Positions 62,831-64,000 of a stretch of 64,000 nucleotides of DNA are shown in pieces. The position numbers and the translations under genes were made by a program. The stretch lies in NCBI RefSeq assembly GCF_009914755.1, contig NC_060933.1, one strand, 5' to 3'. Numbering within the stretch: position 1 is the first letter of the stretch; every line of letters starts with the position of its first letter. The notes beneath the pieces were generated by a model. The model was not told where the DNA came from. It ran no database searches and saw only the letters and a program-made list of their open reading frames with translations. Source of the stretch: the human T2T-CHM13v2.0 reference genome, Homo sapiens.

Positions 62831-62943
62831 GAGATTTTTAAGGTACAAATGATGTATTGTTGGAATTGAAAATACAGGCTTTGTTAGTACAAAGATTTGT
62901 GTGTGGATAGGTGGATGTGTACTGGTGTGTGCATGCATACATA

Positions 62944-63470
62944 TACAAGCTTACCTTGTTTTATTACACTTCACATTATTATGCTTCTCGGATATTGCAG
63001 TTTGTACAGGTTGAAGGTTTGTGGCAACCCTGCACCAAGCAAGTCTACCAGTGCCACTTTTCTGGTAGCATGTGCTTATTTTGCACCTCTGTGTTACATT
63101 TTTGTAATTCTTGCAATATTTCAAATGTTTTGTTATTATTATATCTGTTATGGTGATCTGTTATCAGTGATCGCTGATATTACTATTGTCATTGTTTTGG
63201 GGCATCACAAGCCATGCTCCAAAAGACAATGAGCTTAATTGATACATATGTGTATTCGAATGGTTCCATCGATCTGCCCTTCCTCCATCTCACCCTCAGG
63301 TCTGTTTTCTGAGACACAGCAATATTGAAATTAGGCCAATTAATAACTCTATAAAGGCCTCTATGTGTTCAAGTGAAAGTAAGAGTCACACATCTCTTAT
63401 TATAAATCTAAAGTGAGAAATGATTAAGCTGAGTGAGGAAGGTATGTTAAAAGCCAAGACAGGCCAAAAG
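62944..63470 (+). mobile_element. Tigger1 5' fragment
   Basis: TTGAAGGTTTGTGGCAACCCTGC...ATGATTAAGCTGAGTGAGGAAGG (MIKLSEEGM transposase start). Confidence 0.88.
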
Positions 63471-63565
63471 GCCCAGGCTGGTCTCGAACTCCTGACCTCA
63501 AGCAATCCACCTGCCGCAGCCTCCCAGGTAGCTGAGATTAAAGGCATGAGCCACCATGTCCAGCT
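63471..63565 (-). mobile_element. Alu left-arm fragment
   Basis: GCCCAGGCTGGTCTCGAACTCCTGACCTCAAG. Confidence 0.85.
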
Positions 63566-63639
63566 TCTATGCATTATTTTAAATGGAGTATTGAAGACTC
63601 TGTTACTGTAGAACTATTTCTAACTTCAATTCTGTCAAT

Positions 63640-64000
63640 ATTTGGGTCACAGGCCTTAATGTGATTACACGCTGGTCTGATGCTCATGGCCAGGACATTT
63701 TGTTTTCCTGTTGGACATAAACAATCTCACAGAATATCAACTTCAGAAAGTTAATCTGAGACCGTGATAAGTGCAAACAAAAACAAGGGCACTTTATAAT
63801 GTTGTCTAAGTGCAGATAAAAAACAAGGTCTTGATGCCACCCACAAAATACTTAATAATCATATTGCTCCTGCTTTCTGACAGCATCCAATCTAAAGTCT
63901 TCACTTTCTGAGATCCTGTCCGAAATCAACCAATTAAAGCCCAAATCGTATAATAGTTTCTCTCTAACTCCTCCCACTGAGATGACCCATAGTACCCCAT
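63640..64000. mobile_element. Probable ERV1 LTR fragment (family uncertain)
   Basis: GGACATAAACAATCTCACAGAA...AACCAATTAAAG LTR-like motifs. Confidence 0.45.

Overview
Primate (human-like) non-coding DNA with the mosaic architecture of a pericentromeric segmental duplication. The gene-fragment order PTGER4-P, CDK2AP2-P, MYO5B-P, ADGRF5-P, FGF7-P matches what I recall for the human chr9 pericentromeric duplicons; the exact copy cannot be assigned without alignment. I find no intact protein-coding gene. From left to right: (1) a GC-rich ~300-330 bp repeat, present twice around an old L1; (2) a TAR1 subtelomeric block with a degenerate (TTAGGG)n tract fused to an L1, i.e. an internalised chromosome end; (3) an unprocessed PTGER4 fragment; (4) a CDK2AP2 retrocopy with TSDs; (5) a ~0.9 kb inverted local duplication inserted into a TA-microsatellite; (6) a 5'-truncated MYO5B retrocopy with a 310-aa open tail-domain ORF, joined tail-to-tail with a frameshifted ADGRF5 exon; (7) rearranged Alu/LTR junctions; (8) a ~0.5 kb direct local duplication inserted into an L1; (9) the last two exons and 3'UTR of FGF7, with an in-frame deletion. 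Alu, L1, MIR, L2, LTR and DNA-transposon relics fill the rest. I see no clearly new biological system. The best leads are the templated-insertion/rearrangement scars, the ectopic TERRA-type promoter and the potentially translatable pseudogene ORFs. Parent-gene comparisons and repeat subfamily names are from memory, not database searches.
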